A stretch of 64,000 bases of DNA, taken from IMG/VR virus record IMGVR_UViG_3300002835_000018; one strand, written 5' to 3'. The DNA comes from a virus. The position numbers were made by a program, and so were the translations under genes. Below, piece after piece: positions 9,842 through 19,678 of this stretch (positions are counted from its first letter, which is position 1; the number at the start of each line of letters is the position of its first letter). The notes below the pieces were generated by a model. The model was not told the origin of the DNA. It did no database searches and was given only the letters and a program-made list of their open reading frames with translations.

Positions 9842-11829
9842 GATAAAAGACCTTTTATTTCTTGCTCAAGAACTTTTACCCATAAAGGATTTTCAAGCAG
9901 TAGCCTATAAAGCTTTTCTGCACCTTGGGTTTTAACTTTTCTTATTGTTGCATCATCCCATTCTTTTGAATCTAACAATTTTAAGTGCCTTTGCATAAAA
10001 TCAAGTGTCATCCAAGCACCAGCTTTAGCTATAAGACCAAGTTGACAACCAAGATTTATGGCTTCATATGTATTATCAATACCAATGCCGTAACGAATAT
10101 AGCTGTCAATTTCCATTCCTGGTGAACCTAAAGCACAAGATTCAATTAACCAATGAACCTGTTGTCCAATTTGTTTTTCTTTGCCTTCTATGCCAACATT
10201 CCAAGCTTTATCAAATTTAACTCTCATTTGAACATCTGCTTGATACTGCAATGTTCTAGAACCTTTTTCTGTATAACCACCATACATACCCTGAGATTGG
10301 GTTAAGTGCATAATCGCCCAAACAATACAGTTTTGTACTGGCACTATATTAGCTGCTTGTCTGCAAAAACCAGCAAAGAGCTTATTACCAGCCCCTCTAT
10401 TTTCATACCCAATACCCTCATCCATTTCTTTTTCATCACATAGGGCAGAAACACTATCTATGATGATCAAACTTCCTGGATGCGTATTGATGGCTTTAAA
10501 AGCCAAATTTAGGTAGTCCTTTGCAGAAAGAATCTTATCTTGAGTAGACCTATAGATTGTCATCTTGTCTAAATTTAAGCCAGCTATGCCCTTTAGATTC
10601 ATAGGCTTCAATCGACCTTCAATGTTCAGATAATACACATGTCTACCACCATTCTCAGGTTTTTGACATTGTGCAGCAAAAGAAAGTGAGGTTAATGTGT
10701 TATGTGTAACTATAAAGTTATTGGTTAAGTACAAACCATCTTTTGTGTTTATGGTAATACAAACACACTCTTCTTTTCTTACTTTTTTTACAGATATTAT
10801 TTTTCTTTCAAATTTATTTTTTCTTTTTTGTAAAATGTTAAGTTTTAATATACAGACATATCTTTTTGAGTCTTTGTTCTTATGAACAGAATAGTTGCCT
10901 ATTCCTCCCAAAGATTGCACCAATGTAACGATATCTTCTGCAAGCCTTTGACTTGATACTGTAATAGTTAAGCTTTTATCTTTAGTTAAATATCCAGCAA
11001 CTTTTAAAATACCAGTTATTAACCTTGTTCGATTGTAAACGCCATCAAACAAATATTTTGGGGGAATAAACTTTTGGTTATTTGCAATATTAAAAAGCCC
11101 AAGCTTTATAAAAGGATTGGAATTTTTAGCAGATATCTTTTTGGATTCATTGTCATAAACTATATATTTTTTATCGCTATCAGACATTTCATTCACAATA
11201 TCTAAATCTTTTTCAAGAGTTACATATGTTGAATTTTTTCCAAAAATTCCAGCACCAAGAAAAATGCCCATTATGTATGGGGAAATCTCTTTGGTTGTTT
11301 CATTAAACAATGCAGGAGTAGAAATTGGTATAGAATATTTTGCTACTTTTCCAGACTTGTAATAAATATCATTAATAAAATCTTTAAGTTGTCTAACAAC
11401 AAAATCCTTATGATCTTTTGTTTTAATTGACCAAAGATGATCTAATCCGCACTCTGCAAATGTTCCATCAGAAAAACTTATTCGATAAACATCTTTAATT
11501 CCTTGTGGATAGATAGCGAGAATTTCTGCTGAATTACCATCATGTGTACATACATGCTCGCCCAACATCAATTCACCAATTGGTTTAGGACCATTTGGAG
11601 TATAAACAAGAGCAGAAACAGGCTGTTCTTTTCCGCTTTTTGGATGACCAGAACATGTAACCCAAGAACCTTCTGGTATACCACCATGTAAACCAAGATT
11701 TAAAGCTGGAGAAAGCGGTATAACATGCTTTTCTTCATCTAGCAAATCGCTTGCGTTTATTGCAATACCATTACCATATTGCTTTGATACTTCTTTGATT
11801 ATTTTTTCTACTTCATCACTCATTTTCAA
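9838..11829 (-). CDS. recA: RecA/UvsX-family recombinase containing an intein
   Basis: LNLGLHGGIPEG, Walker A GHPKSGK|T split by the intein, IIDSVSAL Walker B, IRYGIGID. Confidence 0.9.
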   Translation of the reverse strand: MKMSDEVEKIIKEVSKQYGNGIAINASDLLDEEKHVIPLSPALNLGLHGGIPEGSWVTCSGHPKSGKEQPVSALVYTPNGPKPIGELMLGEHVCTHDGNSAEILAIYPQGIKDVYRISFSDGTFAECGLDHLWSIKTKDHKDFVVRQLKDFINDIYYKSGKVAKYSIPISTPALFNETTKEISPYIMGIFLGAGIFGKNSTYVTLEKDLDIVNEMSDSDKKYIVYDNESKKISAKNSNPFIKLGLFNIANNQKFIPPKYLFDGVYNRTRLITGILKVAGYLTKDKSLTITVSSQRLAEDIVTLVQSLGGIGNYSVHKNKDSKRYVCILKLNILQKRKNKFERKIISVKKVRKEECVCITINTKDGLYLTNNFIVTHNTLTSLSFAAQCQKPENGGRHVYYLNIEGRLKPMNLKGIAGLNLDKMTIYRSTQDKILSAKDYLNLAFKAINTHPGSLIIIDSVSALCDEKEMDEGIGYENRGAGNKLFAGFCRQAANIVPVQNCIVWAIMHLTQSQGMYGGYTEKGSRTLQYQADVQMRVKFDKAWNVGIEGKEKQIGQQVHWLIESCALGSPGMEIDSYIRYGIGIDNTYEAINLGCQLGLIAKAGAWMTLDFMQRHLKLLDSKEWDDATIRKVKTQGAEKLYRLLLENPLWVKVLEQEIKGLLS
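10699..11628 (-). mobile_element. class 3-type intein (310 aa) with degenerate LAGLIDADG domain
   Basis: EQPVSALVYTPNG start, block B DHLW, block F VCI, end VTHN|T; removal restores GKT. Confidence 0.9.
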
Positions 11830-12244
11830 TATCCTTTAATTTACTTAGTGTTGATTTCTTTGAAACAAAAGACTTTTTAATTGGCAAAGATTCTACTTTC
11901 TCAACCTTTTTCTCATCTGCTTCCTTAAATTTATATTCTTCATACTCTATGAGCTTTATCAACCAAGGAGCACCTAAAGAGAATATTTTTTTACCTTCTT
12001 GTGATCTTAAAGCCTTAGAAACTAGTGCTGGATCATATTTTTCTAAAAGCTTATTTGCTAAAGAAAGCTGTTTAAAAAACTCTTTTTTCCAAGGTTGTTT
12101 ATCCCAAAATTTTGGAGGTATATCTTGACGATTTTGTTTGGCAAAACGCTCACACATTAACTCAGCCAAAAATTGTGCTGGAGTTATCCAACCACCACCA
12201 TGCCTAGATTCATATCTACTATTTGAAGATCTTTCCTTTGCCAT
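11816..12244 (-). CDS. hypothetical protein
   Basis: 142 aa coupled ORF. Confidence 0.7.
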   Translation of the reverse strand: MAKERSSNSRYESRHGGGWITPAQFLAELMCERFAKQNRQDIPPKFWDKQPWKKEFFKQLSLANKLLEKYDPALVSKALRSQEGKKIFSLGAPWLIKLIEYEEYKFKEADEKKVEKVESLPIKKSFVSKKSTLSKLKDIENE

Positions 12245-12671
12245 AATTTTCTTTCGTATTTAAAATTACTTGTTGCTCAGTACAATCAGAAATGTTTCTT
12301 TCTTCTTCATCAAAAATTATTAGTTCTGGAACTTTTATCTTTTTTAAACTAACAACATCTTTCTTGATAGAACCCAATATATAAAAATTTATATTTTCAG
12401 TAGATGACATCATACCAATGATGCCCATAGAGAAAAAGTATCCTTCACAATAATCTTCTAAAGGATAAAAAATATTCGATCTAAATCTCACATACATTTT
12501 TTCTATTTTCAAATTGTTTTCGTGCAAATACTTTTTAAGTCTAATCCAAGCAGAAAACTCAACAGATTGATCAAAACCATCGTTTTGATAAACGGTTTCA
12601 CCATTGGACAATTCTACTGCCCAACAAGTCTTATCTTCAAAATATTCTTTGTCGTATGTTTTGCAAATCAT
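12219..12671 (-). CDS. hypothetical protein
   Basis: 150 aa coupled ORF. Confidence 0.7.
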   Translation of the reverse strand: MICKTYDKEYFEDKTCWAVELSNGETVYQNDGFDQSVEFSAWIRLKKYLHENNLKIEKMYVRFRSNIFYPLEDYCEGYFFSMGIIGMMSSTENINFYILGSIKKDVVSLKKIKVPELIIFDEEERNISDCTEQQVILNTKENYGKGKIFK

Positions 12672-12958
12672 ATTTTATGAATACTGTTTTTAAATTTTTT
12701 CATATAAGCAGCATTCTCACTTGATCTAACAATATCATCGCCTTTGCTAGATTGTGCTGCTGTCATAGCCACGCTTCCAAGCTTCGTTTGAAATGTTAAA
12801 GATTTTTTTGTTCTAGCCTTATCATAAACATCTTTAATAAATTCAACATCTCTACTAAGCTTTTCTGCAATATCGCCCAAGGACATAGACGAACAATTGC
12901 CCTCAATAAAATATATTTCAATTTCATTCAAAGGAGCATTTTTAGATTTTTTGGTCAT
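12668..12958 (-). CDS. hypothetical protein, possible HTH
   Basis: SLGDIAEKLSRD resembles a helix-turn-helix. Confidence 0.6.
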   Translation of the reverse strand: MTKKSKNAPLNEIEIYFIEGNCSSMSLGDIAEKLSRDVEFIKDVYDKARTKKSLTFQTKLGSVAMTAAQSSKGDDIVRSSENAAYMKKFKNSIHKI

Positions 12959-13275
12959 GATATATTCCTTTCAGCATTTTTTAAAAAAGAAGAGTTGTTG
13001 GTTGATAAATAAGAAATGTAAAAGTTAAAACATTCCCTATTTACACTTTTGTATGAGTATCTATGTTTATCTGTGTGGTTATCAAAACGCTTTAAGTCTT
13101 CTAGCAAGTTTGAAGATGGATCAAAAAGTTTTCCAGAATCTATTCCATTGGTGCAAACTTTAACCCAAAATTTTTCACTCTTCAACTCTGTATCAGTGCT
13201 TTTTTTAGCAAGAGACAGGAAGTTTTCATGATCGCATTCTTTACCATTTTTATCAAACCCAATTACAGAAAACAT
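12955..13275 (-). CDS. hypothetical protein
   Basis: ATGA-coupled ORF. Confidence 0.7.
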   Translation of the reverse strand: MFSVIGFDKNGKECDHENFLSLAKKSTDTELKSEKFWVKVCTNGIDSGKLFDPSSNLLEDLKRFDNHTDKHRYSYKSVNRECFNFYISYLSTNNSSFLKNAERNIS

Positions 13276-13589
13276 TATTTTTTTCCTTTCTGTGTTTTGA
13301 ATATGATTTTATTTTCTTCAGTAACAATATCTGTTAAAAGAGTGTCTTGTGTAAAAAAATCTGGATTTTCTCTATCTACAGTAACGCATCCACCTGGTCT
13401 AAAAATACCTTTAACATCTTTTACAAAGCTTTTATCGCCACAATAACAACATTCTGCAACGCATTTCCAATAAATGTCTGCATCTGTATTAGTTATAAAC
13501 AAATCAACAAGTGGCTTATTACAATTGCTGCAACTTATAATAAGATTTCCATGATCTTCAATTTTCATGATGACTGCCCTCTTTTCCAA
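13275..13589 (-). CDS. Zn-ribbon hypothetical protein
   Basis: CSNC...CCYC. Confidence 0.65.
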   Translation of the reverse strand: MEKRAVIMKIEDHGNLIISCSNCNKPLVDLFITNTDADIYWKCVAECCYCGDKSFVKDVKGIFRPGGCVTVDRENPDFFTQDTLLTDIVTEENKIIFKTQKGKK

Positions 13590-13813
13590 ATGTGTCCAAA
13601 ATTTTTGTCGCTAATAGAATTATTTAAAAAAGATTCAAGTTTAATTTTAGCTTCTTGAAAAGAAGTTCCATCTGCTCTCAACAATATCAAACCAATATCA
13701 ACTGGTTGATTTGATCCATATGAGCCATCAGAACTTATTGGAAGAACCTCCCAATGTATTCTAACTATAGCTGTATGAGGTGATTCTTCTCCAGCTTTAG
13801 GAATTAAAGCCAT
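13565..13813 (-). CDS. hypothetical protein
   Basis: 82 aa coupled ORF. Confidence 0.6.
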   Translation of the reverse strand: MALIPKAGEESPHTAIVRIHWEVLPISSDGSYGSNQPVDIGLILLRADGTSFQEAKIKLESFLNNSISDKNFGHIWKRGQSS

Positions 13814-14175
13814 TATTCTTCTCCTGTTTCTATGTAATTTTTAACATCTTTAATTTTAGATAGGTTTAAAGGTTTATCCTTTTTGCTTAACCCAGTAACC
13901 TTTCCTGATCTCCACCAAGGCAACTTTGAATCTTTCAATTCTTGTTTTTTAGCCATATGTTCTTTAATTTTTCCACCAGCTTTCTTATAATTAGCTTCAC
14001 CTACTTGACCTATTGTATCTCCACCTTTGATACAGACAATGGTGTTTCCATCATAAACCTGATTTACTTTTCCTTTTTTGCACTTTGGACAATCTTTGGG
14101 ATGACTTTCAGAAAAAGAAAGCTTAATCTCAAAACTGTATTCGCATGACCCACAAGAAAATTCATAGTATGGCAT
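13813..14175 (-). CDS. FmdB-family zinc ribbon protein
   Basis: MPYYEFSCGSC...CPKC. Confidence 0.85.
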   Translation of the reverse strand: MPYYEFSCGSCEYSFEIKLSFSESHPKDCPKCKKGKVNQVYDGNTIVCIKGGDTIGQVGEANYKKAGGKIKEHMAKKQELKDSKLPWWRSGKVTGLSKKDKPLNLSKIKDVKNYIETGEE

Positions 14176-14411
14176 TAAAATTCCTCATCATCTGTATAAT
14201 CCTCTTCGTTTATATCAACACAATATTTCATCTTCCATCTATTTTCTGTAAACTCTAATGATTCTGCTGGAAAACCATCTCGCATAACATTAGCATCCAA
14301 ATCAAAATAAACAACTAAAACTTCTTTTGTTTCTTCGCCAAAAGCTACAACTGTCATTGGCATTCCACCAGATTTTAAAGCAACTATATCACCAATATTA
14401 AATAGAGACAT
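14175..14411 (-). CDS. YodC/DUF2158-family protein
   Basis: FNIGDIVALKSGGMPMTV. Confidence 0.85.
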   Translation of the reverse strand: MSLFNIGDIVALKSGGMPMTVVAFGEETKEVLVVYFDLDANVMRDGFPAESLEFTENRWKMKYCVDINEEDYTDDEEF

Positions 14412-14412
14412 G

Positions 14413-15276
14413 TTAAACCTCCATAAGTTTTAAACATTGCTGATAAAGATAATCATCGCTCATTTCCATTGTGTGCAATTTTTCAAAATTGTTTTTTATA
14501 GCATCAAACTTAGTTTCATATAAGTCTTTACTAAGAACAATTTTATCAATGTCCTCTTCTGAATTTATAGATATTATTCCATTTGAATCAAAAAACAAGT
14601 CTATTTTAGGATTACCCAAATAAATTGGCACTGTTCCAAATGAAAAACAGTCTGTCAACATTTCAGCAAAAAAATATGGCTGATTATTATTCTGAATAAC
14701 AACAGTAAACATATAGTCTTTTAGTGCATTATCTTTTTTATAGAAACCATCATATTTTTCACCAGTGTAAGGAGAATTTAAAAAACCGCCAAACAAATCA
14801 AATTTTTCAACATTATTTTTTGCTATACTTTGCCTAATAGCATGAAAATTACAACTCAACTTATTTGAACATATCATTGAACACATTTTTGTTTTTTTAT
14901 AAATGTTCCAATTTTCTTTTTTTGACCAAGGAATATTGCTGCATGAATAACAAAACTTAAATCTTGAATCTAAAGAAAGCAAGTATTCGTCAGAAGTAAA
15001 TATGTAATCTATATCGTTAAATATTTTTTTGTAATCATATTTTATTTTATCATACAAGTTTTGAAATATTGTTATGGATTCACACAACCACCCAAATCTA
15101 GGAACATTTTTAACTTTTGGATATTTGTAACAATCAAGAATTGAATAATCCATGAAAACAGAAAAATCTGAATCTTCATTAGACCAATCAAAAAGTTTTG
15201 GACTGTTGTTTGAACAACTTGAAAAACTAAGATTAAAAGGGGAACCTATGCCTTTTACTTTTCCTTTTTTCGGCAT
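14413..15276 (-). CDS. GT10-like (fucosyltransferase-like) glycosyltransferase
   Basis: SMICSNK, YMFTVVIQN...FAEMLTDCF..GTVPIYLG (variant GT10 motif). Confidence 0.75.
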   Translation of the reverse strand: MPKKGKVKGIGSPFNLSFSSCSNNSPKLFDWSNEDSDFSVFMDYSILDCYKYPKVKNVPRFGWLCESITIFQNLYDKIKYDYKKIFNDIDYIFTSDEYLLSLDSRFKFCYSCSNIPWSKKENWNIYKKTKMCSMICSNKLSCNFHAIRQSIAKNNVEKFDLFGGFLNSPYTGEKYDGFYKKDNALKDYMFTVVIQNNNQPYFFAEMLTDCFSFGTVPIYLGNPKIDLFFDSNGIISINSEEDIDKIVLSKDLYETKFDAIKNNFEKLHTMEMSDDYLYQQCLKLMEV

Positions 15277-15333
15277 TTTTTTTCACCAATTTTGCTTTTT
15301 TAGTTTTTGAAATCTTTGCAATTCTTTTTGACA

Positions 15334-17625
15334 TTATATTAAACAAGCTCCACCAGCACAAGCAAGTTCTCCTTGAATATCTATTGTAGAATTAACTTCA
15401 ACAGCATTTAAATAATTAACATCAGAATAATTATTTATTAGCTTGTTCCATAAATCTAAATTATAAGCATCTTTAAGTGCATAAGTAGCGTACTTAACAT
15501 CAGAAGAAAAAAATTCATCTGCATATTTTTGCACCATAATTTTCCAAGTTTTTTGTTTTTCATCTTTTGGTTCAAAATAACCAAGAACACATGAACAAGC
15601 ATCCCACAAAGAATTAAAATTATATTCAGAAAATTTTGGGTAAGTTTCATATGCCTTAGATGTGGCTTCATAACCCCAATTAGCTATTTGTTCTTCAATT
15701 GAATAAACTGCTGTAAATGGAGCTTGATTATAGTCTTTATCTCCAGTTGAAGCTATGAGAGATATTCCAGCAAGCTCTGCACGATGATTGTAAATGTACT
15801 CTTTTACCTTATCCCACTCATCATCTTTTACATGTATTGTATTAGAAACATTGTGATTTAACTCTTTTCTAACGCAAAGATGTTCATTTTTTCCAGCAAC
15901 AACCCAATTTTTATAGGTTGATAAAACATCATCAAGCATAGATATAGCATCTATGTTTTCCTTAAGCACTGTTCCATCTTGGCTTTGTACACAAAACCTT
16001 ATGCAATCATCCGTTTTATTTGATGACCATACTGATTCTTCACATGCTTGAGGATTAATGCTTTTAAAGTGCTGGTAAGGAGATTCCATCTGATTAGCTT
16101 GAACAATTCTAAAATATCTTTTAGAATGATCTGGATGAATACCAGAAGCAGACCCTAATAAAGCAGCAGAATTACCCTCTGGCTTTACGCAAGTTGTTCT
16201 TGCAGCAGGACTTATGTTTAATATTTCTGCGTACTTTTTGTTTGTATCTTTAACTATTTTTGCTCCATTTTGTTGAATTGTTGGGTTTAATAGTATTTTA
16301 GGATGATGTTGCATACCATTAATTGAAACGCCCAATAATGCCTCTTTACGAGCAATAAGTTCTGTAACATGACCCAAGTATGGGAAATTGGTAAAAGATG
16401 CTTGTAATGTACCAATAAAGGCAGCAGCAGCACACCTTTGGTAGAAGTCTTCTTCTGAAGTTATTGTTTTTCCATTAATAGTTGATAAATTGCAGAATCC
16501 CCAACCAGAAAGACCGACCTCATCTTCTGGCATGTCATCTTTGCATGACTCTTTTGTTGTTATTGGTCCTTCATATAATGACAAAGCCTCAGCTAGTTCT
16601 GGACTGTTTTTCTTGAAGAAATGTTTAGTTATCCATGATATTTCACAACATGGATTACATAATGCATCATAAAAATCGGCAAAGAAAAATCCTGGTTCAC
16701 CAAATTCTTTTGTTGCTTTAAATAGATTTTCAAATACTTCTTTGGAAGTATATTTTCTATGAAGTAATGCAGAGATGTTTGCCCTAGCTCTTTGAGGGTT
16801 AGTGAAATACCAATCGCCAGTCTTTGCATTGATCATTAATTCATCATCGGCAGAGAATAAGGCTATAGTTGCAGATCTACGAACACCGCCAGAAATAACA
16901 GCATCAGCAGCAAACATAACTATATCGAATGCATCTATTGTTCTTAATTGTGTTTGCCCATTTGCAATACATCTATCGAGTAATTCCCTAGTCTTTTCTA
17001 AAGCTTTTTCTAGTGGTTGATAACCTGGGGCATTGCCTATGCCACAACTTAAAGGAGCACCCTTTTCTCTTATGTCTTGATAACTAAATCCAACCGCAAT
17101 ATCTTTGTATCTTTCAAATCCTTTTATTGGAGTTTCAAAATATGAAGAAAGAAGAACACCAAGAGCATCTGCCCAACCTTCGATTGAATCTTCAACCCTA
17201 TATATATGATGCTCATAACAACATGTTTCTGTGTTTAATCTAGTAGATGAGAACTTTGGCAACAATTCAACATGATGTTTTTGTACACTAAACCCAGTTC
17301 CAGACCCGCAAAGCAATAAATAAAAACATTCTTGGAAAAATCGTAATCTGTCGCAATAACTAGCAGAACAATTAAATATTCTTGCATTATGTTTAATAAT
17401 TGGCTTACCGCCAAACTGTAATGCTCTTTGTGAACCCAATATTTTTTGATCTCTGATCATTTCATAATGTTCTTCAATATCTTTACGCAAAGATGGATGA
17501 ACTTCTATCATCATATCTTTTATTCTTTGTACGCTTTCATCCCAAGTTTCCCTTCTTTTTTCAGATTCAATCCATCTAGCGTATTTGGAAACAGCCGTAT
17601 ATTTTTGTAATTCTTTAATAGACAT
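15334..17625 (-). CDS. nrdJ: class II (adenosylcobalamin) ribonucleotide reductase
   Basis: FNCS, GSGTGFS, GGVRRSA, NPCCEI, FCNL, TCVKPEG, C-terminal CAGGAC; no beta subunit nearby. Confidence 0.88.
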   Translation of the reverse strand: MSIKELQKYTAVSKYARWIESEKRRETWDESVQRIKDMMIEVHPSLRKDIEEHYEMIRDQKILGSQRALQFGGKPIIKHNARIFNCSASYCDRLRFFQECFYLLLCGSGTGFSVQKHHVELLPKFSSTRLNTETCCYEHHIYRVEDSIEGWADALGVLLSSYFETPIKGFERYKDIAVGFSYQDIREKGAPLSCGIGNAPGYQPLEKALEKTRELLDRCIANGQTQLRTIDAFDIVMFAADAVISGGVRRSATIALFSADDELMINAKTGDWYFTNPQRARANISALLHRKYTSKEVFENLFKATKEFGEPGFFFADFYDALCNPCCEISWITKHFFKKNSPELAEALSLYEGPITTKESCKDDMPEDEVGLSGWGFCNLSTINGKTITSEEDFYQRCAAAAFIGTLQASFTNFPYLGHVTELIARKEALLGVSINGMQHHPKILLNPTIQQNGAKIVKDTNKKYAEILNISPAARTTCVKPEGNSAALLGSASGIHPDHSKRYFRIVQANQMESPYQHFKSINPQACEESVWSSNKTDDCIRFCVQSQDGTVLKENIDAISMLDDVLSTYKNWVVAGKNEHLCVRKELNHNVSNTIHVKDDEWDKVKEYIYNHRAELAGISLIASTGDKDYNQAPFTAVYSIEEQIANWGYEATSKAYETYPKFSEYNFNSLWDACSCVLGYFEPKDEKQKTWKIMVQKYADEFFSSDVKYATYALKDAYNLDLWNKLINNYSDVNYLNAVEVNSTIDIQGELACAGGACLI

Positions 17626-17705
17626 GAAAAAAACTCCATCTGCCCTGCTATCGCAAGGATAAGCGGAACTCTAAAGGAATGTAATGCTGGCGATTACCAG
17701 CGGAA
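17626..17705 (-). promoter_or_regulatory. structured 5' leader of nrdJ
   Basis: Hairpins GCTGG/CCAGC and CCTTGC-GATA-GCAGGG; outer stem can sequester GGAG; U7 before the ATG. Confidence 0.45.
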
Positions 17706-17812
17706 ATAAATACACCCATGATTGTAGGTAAGACAGATCAAAATCTTACTTATTTTTTTTATTGTGGCAAGACTATTTTGTGACTTTTAATCAAATGTTT
17801 TTTGTAGAAAAA

Positions 17813-18703
17813 TTAAGAAAAAAGATAAGCATATTCTGAATAATCACCCCAATATTCATTTGATTCAGAAAAAACTTTTTGAAAAGTTTGAAAATGTGAT
17901 GTGAATGCATAACCGTGATTTATGTGAACTGATGGGTTTTTACAGAACCAATCTTTGTTTTTCCAGTTTAATGGTGTAAAAGCAGCTTCTTTTGAATACC
18001 AAGGCTCTAAACTTCCAGAGTTTTTCAATAACGCATTTGGAAATATGTTTTCAAAATGTTTAATGGCACTAGTAAACTTCATGGTCACTTGAGATGTTGC
18101 CCTTGCTGCACCATTTTTAGGTTGCCAACCAGAAGAACACAATCCTATATAATTAGTGTTTGATATAGAATCGCATTCAAAATCATCATATTCAAAATAT
18201 CCTTCTGGATAAAGGCAATCATGTTCTAAAAAACTAACATATTTGACATTTGTTGAATTTTTTCTTACAAAATAAAGCAAATGCAATATTTGTAAAACTT
18301 GATTTAAATGATTACTATTCTTGGTTTGAGAAATTATTTCGCAAAATGGATTTTCTGGTATTTTATTCCATACAGATGTAATTATTCTGGCTTTTTTTTC
18401 TGATGAAATAGCCAAACTTTTTAAACTGGCATATAAAGCTTTTTCTTTTCTTGTATCATTGTTGTTTGTATAAAAAATACCAATTCTTTCATCAAAAATT
18501 TTTGGATAAATTAAAAATTCATTTTCATTTGTTTCTAGTTTAGAGCCATCGTCAAATTCAACAATTAACTTTTTTAATACGCCATGATTTGTGTCGCCAA
18601 AAATGGCGTTGGAAACATAAATATTTAAACTATCGTCTTTGAAAACACTTGCGACATACTCCGTTACATCTTTTGGGCCATATGTAGCCTTAACTATTTT
18701 CAT
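17813..18703 (-). CDS. glycosyltransferase-like protein with N-terminal KATYG (lectin-like) domain
   Basis: IVKATYG...FGD...KKL N-terminus; FLEHDCLY GT-A-like motif. Confidence 0.55.
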   Translation of the reverse strand: MKIVKATYGPKDVTEYVASVFKDDSLNIYVSNAIFGDTNHGVLKKLIVEFDDGSKLETNENEFLIYPKIFDERIGIFYTNNNDTRKEKALYASLKSLAISSEKKARIITSVWNKIPENPFCEIISQTKNSNHLNQVLQILHLLYFVRKNSTNVKYVSFLEHDCLYPEGYFEYDDFECDSISNTNYIGLCSSGWQPKNGAARATSQVTMKFTSAIKHFENIFPNALLKNSGSLEPWYSKEAAFTPLNWKNKDWFCKNPSVHINHGYAFTSHFQTFQKVFSESNEYWGDYSEYAYLFS

Positions 18704-19052
18704 TGTAAACCATATCTAAAAGCGAAACTATTTCATCAACAGACAAAGATTGCATCAACTCGACTATTGTATCAGATATGATCTTAGCATGTTCTTCTGA
18801 AACATTTGCTTTTATTATTTTATTGTATAAATTTCTTCTTATAAACATTCTTACTAAAGGACCGCCATTTTTAATTATTAAAGCAACACCTTTTTTAGAA
18901 GTGCAAAACTTAAGTATGCTAATTCCATCAACAATAAATCCAACCAACATAATGATTGTTATGATTCCAATAGCATCGTAATTTTTTATTTTTTCTGATT
19001 TTTGTAAAATTGATTTTATTTTATCATGCGACCGCATTATTTTTTTCTCCAT
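18690..19052 (-). CDS. membrane protein
   Basis: Hydrophobic AIGIITIIMLVGFIV; alternative start at 19037. Confidence 0.65.
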   Translation of the reverse strand: MEKKIMRSHDKIKSILQKSEKIKNYDAIGIITIIMLVGFIVDGISILKFCTSKKGVALIIKNGGPLVRMFIRRNLYNKIIKANVSEEHAKIISDTIVELMQSLSVDEIVSLLDMVYNENS

Positions 19053-19195
19053 CAGGTTAAACAGTGTTGTTGTTTTACTGTTTTTTTAATTTCTTCTATT
19101 AGTTTAGAAAATGAAATTGGGTCTTTTTCTATTAATATAAATTGCTCTTTGCTTATAGTTTGATTAAACAATAAAAAAAGCACTGAGTTTAACAT
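19052..19195 (-). CDS. small hypothetical protein (47 aa)
   Basis: Manual translation MLNSVLFLLF...QHCLT*; fills the gap between coupled genes. Confidence 0.55.
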   Translation of the reverse strand: MLNSVLFLLFNQTISKEQFILIEKDPISFSKLIEEIKKTVKQQHCLT

Positions 19196-19198
19196 GAT

Positions 19199-19669
19199 TT
19201 ACTTTTTGTTTTTTATAATGGATTGACTTGTTCTCATTGCCCATTCAATACCAGATGTTCCACCCCAACCTAGCCATGCAACTACTGCTGGAATAGTCCA
19301 AGGCTTAGTTTTATATTCTGGTTTAGATTTTGCTTTTTTATAATTAGATCCGTGTCTATTAAATTGAGCCATTCTTTTTACTGTGTCAGCAGACAACATA
19401 GCATTTCCAGCTAAGTCTCTTGCCCTAGCCCAACCAACAGCGGTCATGCCTTTGCACTCTTTGCCGTATTTATCTTTCCACTCTAAAACTTTTCTTGCGT
19501 TATTTCTTGCTGATTGTGGGGCATCATAAGATTCTTTTCCTATAGAAAATTGTTTTAATTTTTGATTTTTATAAGCATTAGTGCTTAAGATTAAATCTTT
19601 AATTGAATTTAAAAATTCATTGTAATCTATTTGTTGTTTTAAATGTTCATCATCTTTTTTTTTAGACAT
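19199..19669 (-). CDS. phage hypothetical protein (domain often seen in head-associated proteins)
   Basis: TAVGWARARDLA...DTVKRM...VAWLGWGG. Confidence 0.6.
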   Translation of the reverse strand: MSKKKDDEHLKQQIDYNEFLNSIKDLILSTNAYKNQKLKQFSIGKESYDAPQSARNNARKVLEWKDKYGKECKGMTAVGWARARDLAGNAMLSADTVKRMAQFNRHGSNYKKAKSKPEYKTKPWTIPAVVAWLGWGGTSGIEWAMRTSQSIIKNKK

Positions 19670-19678
19670 TTTTAAATC

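Noticed and set aside
17626-17812. Canonical cobalamin riboswitch before nrdJ
   Set aside because: The structured part is only ~80 nt and no B12-box is recognisable
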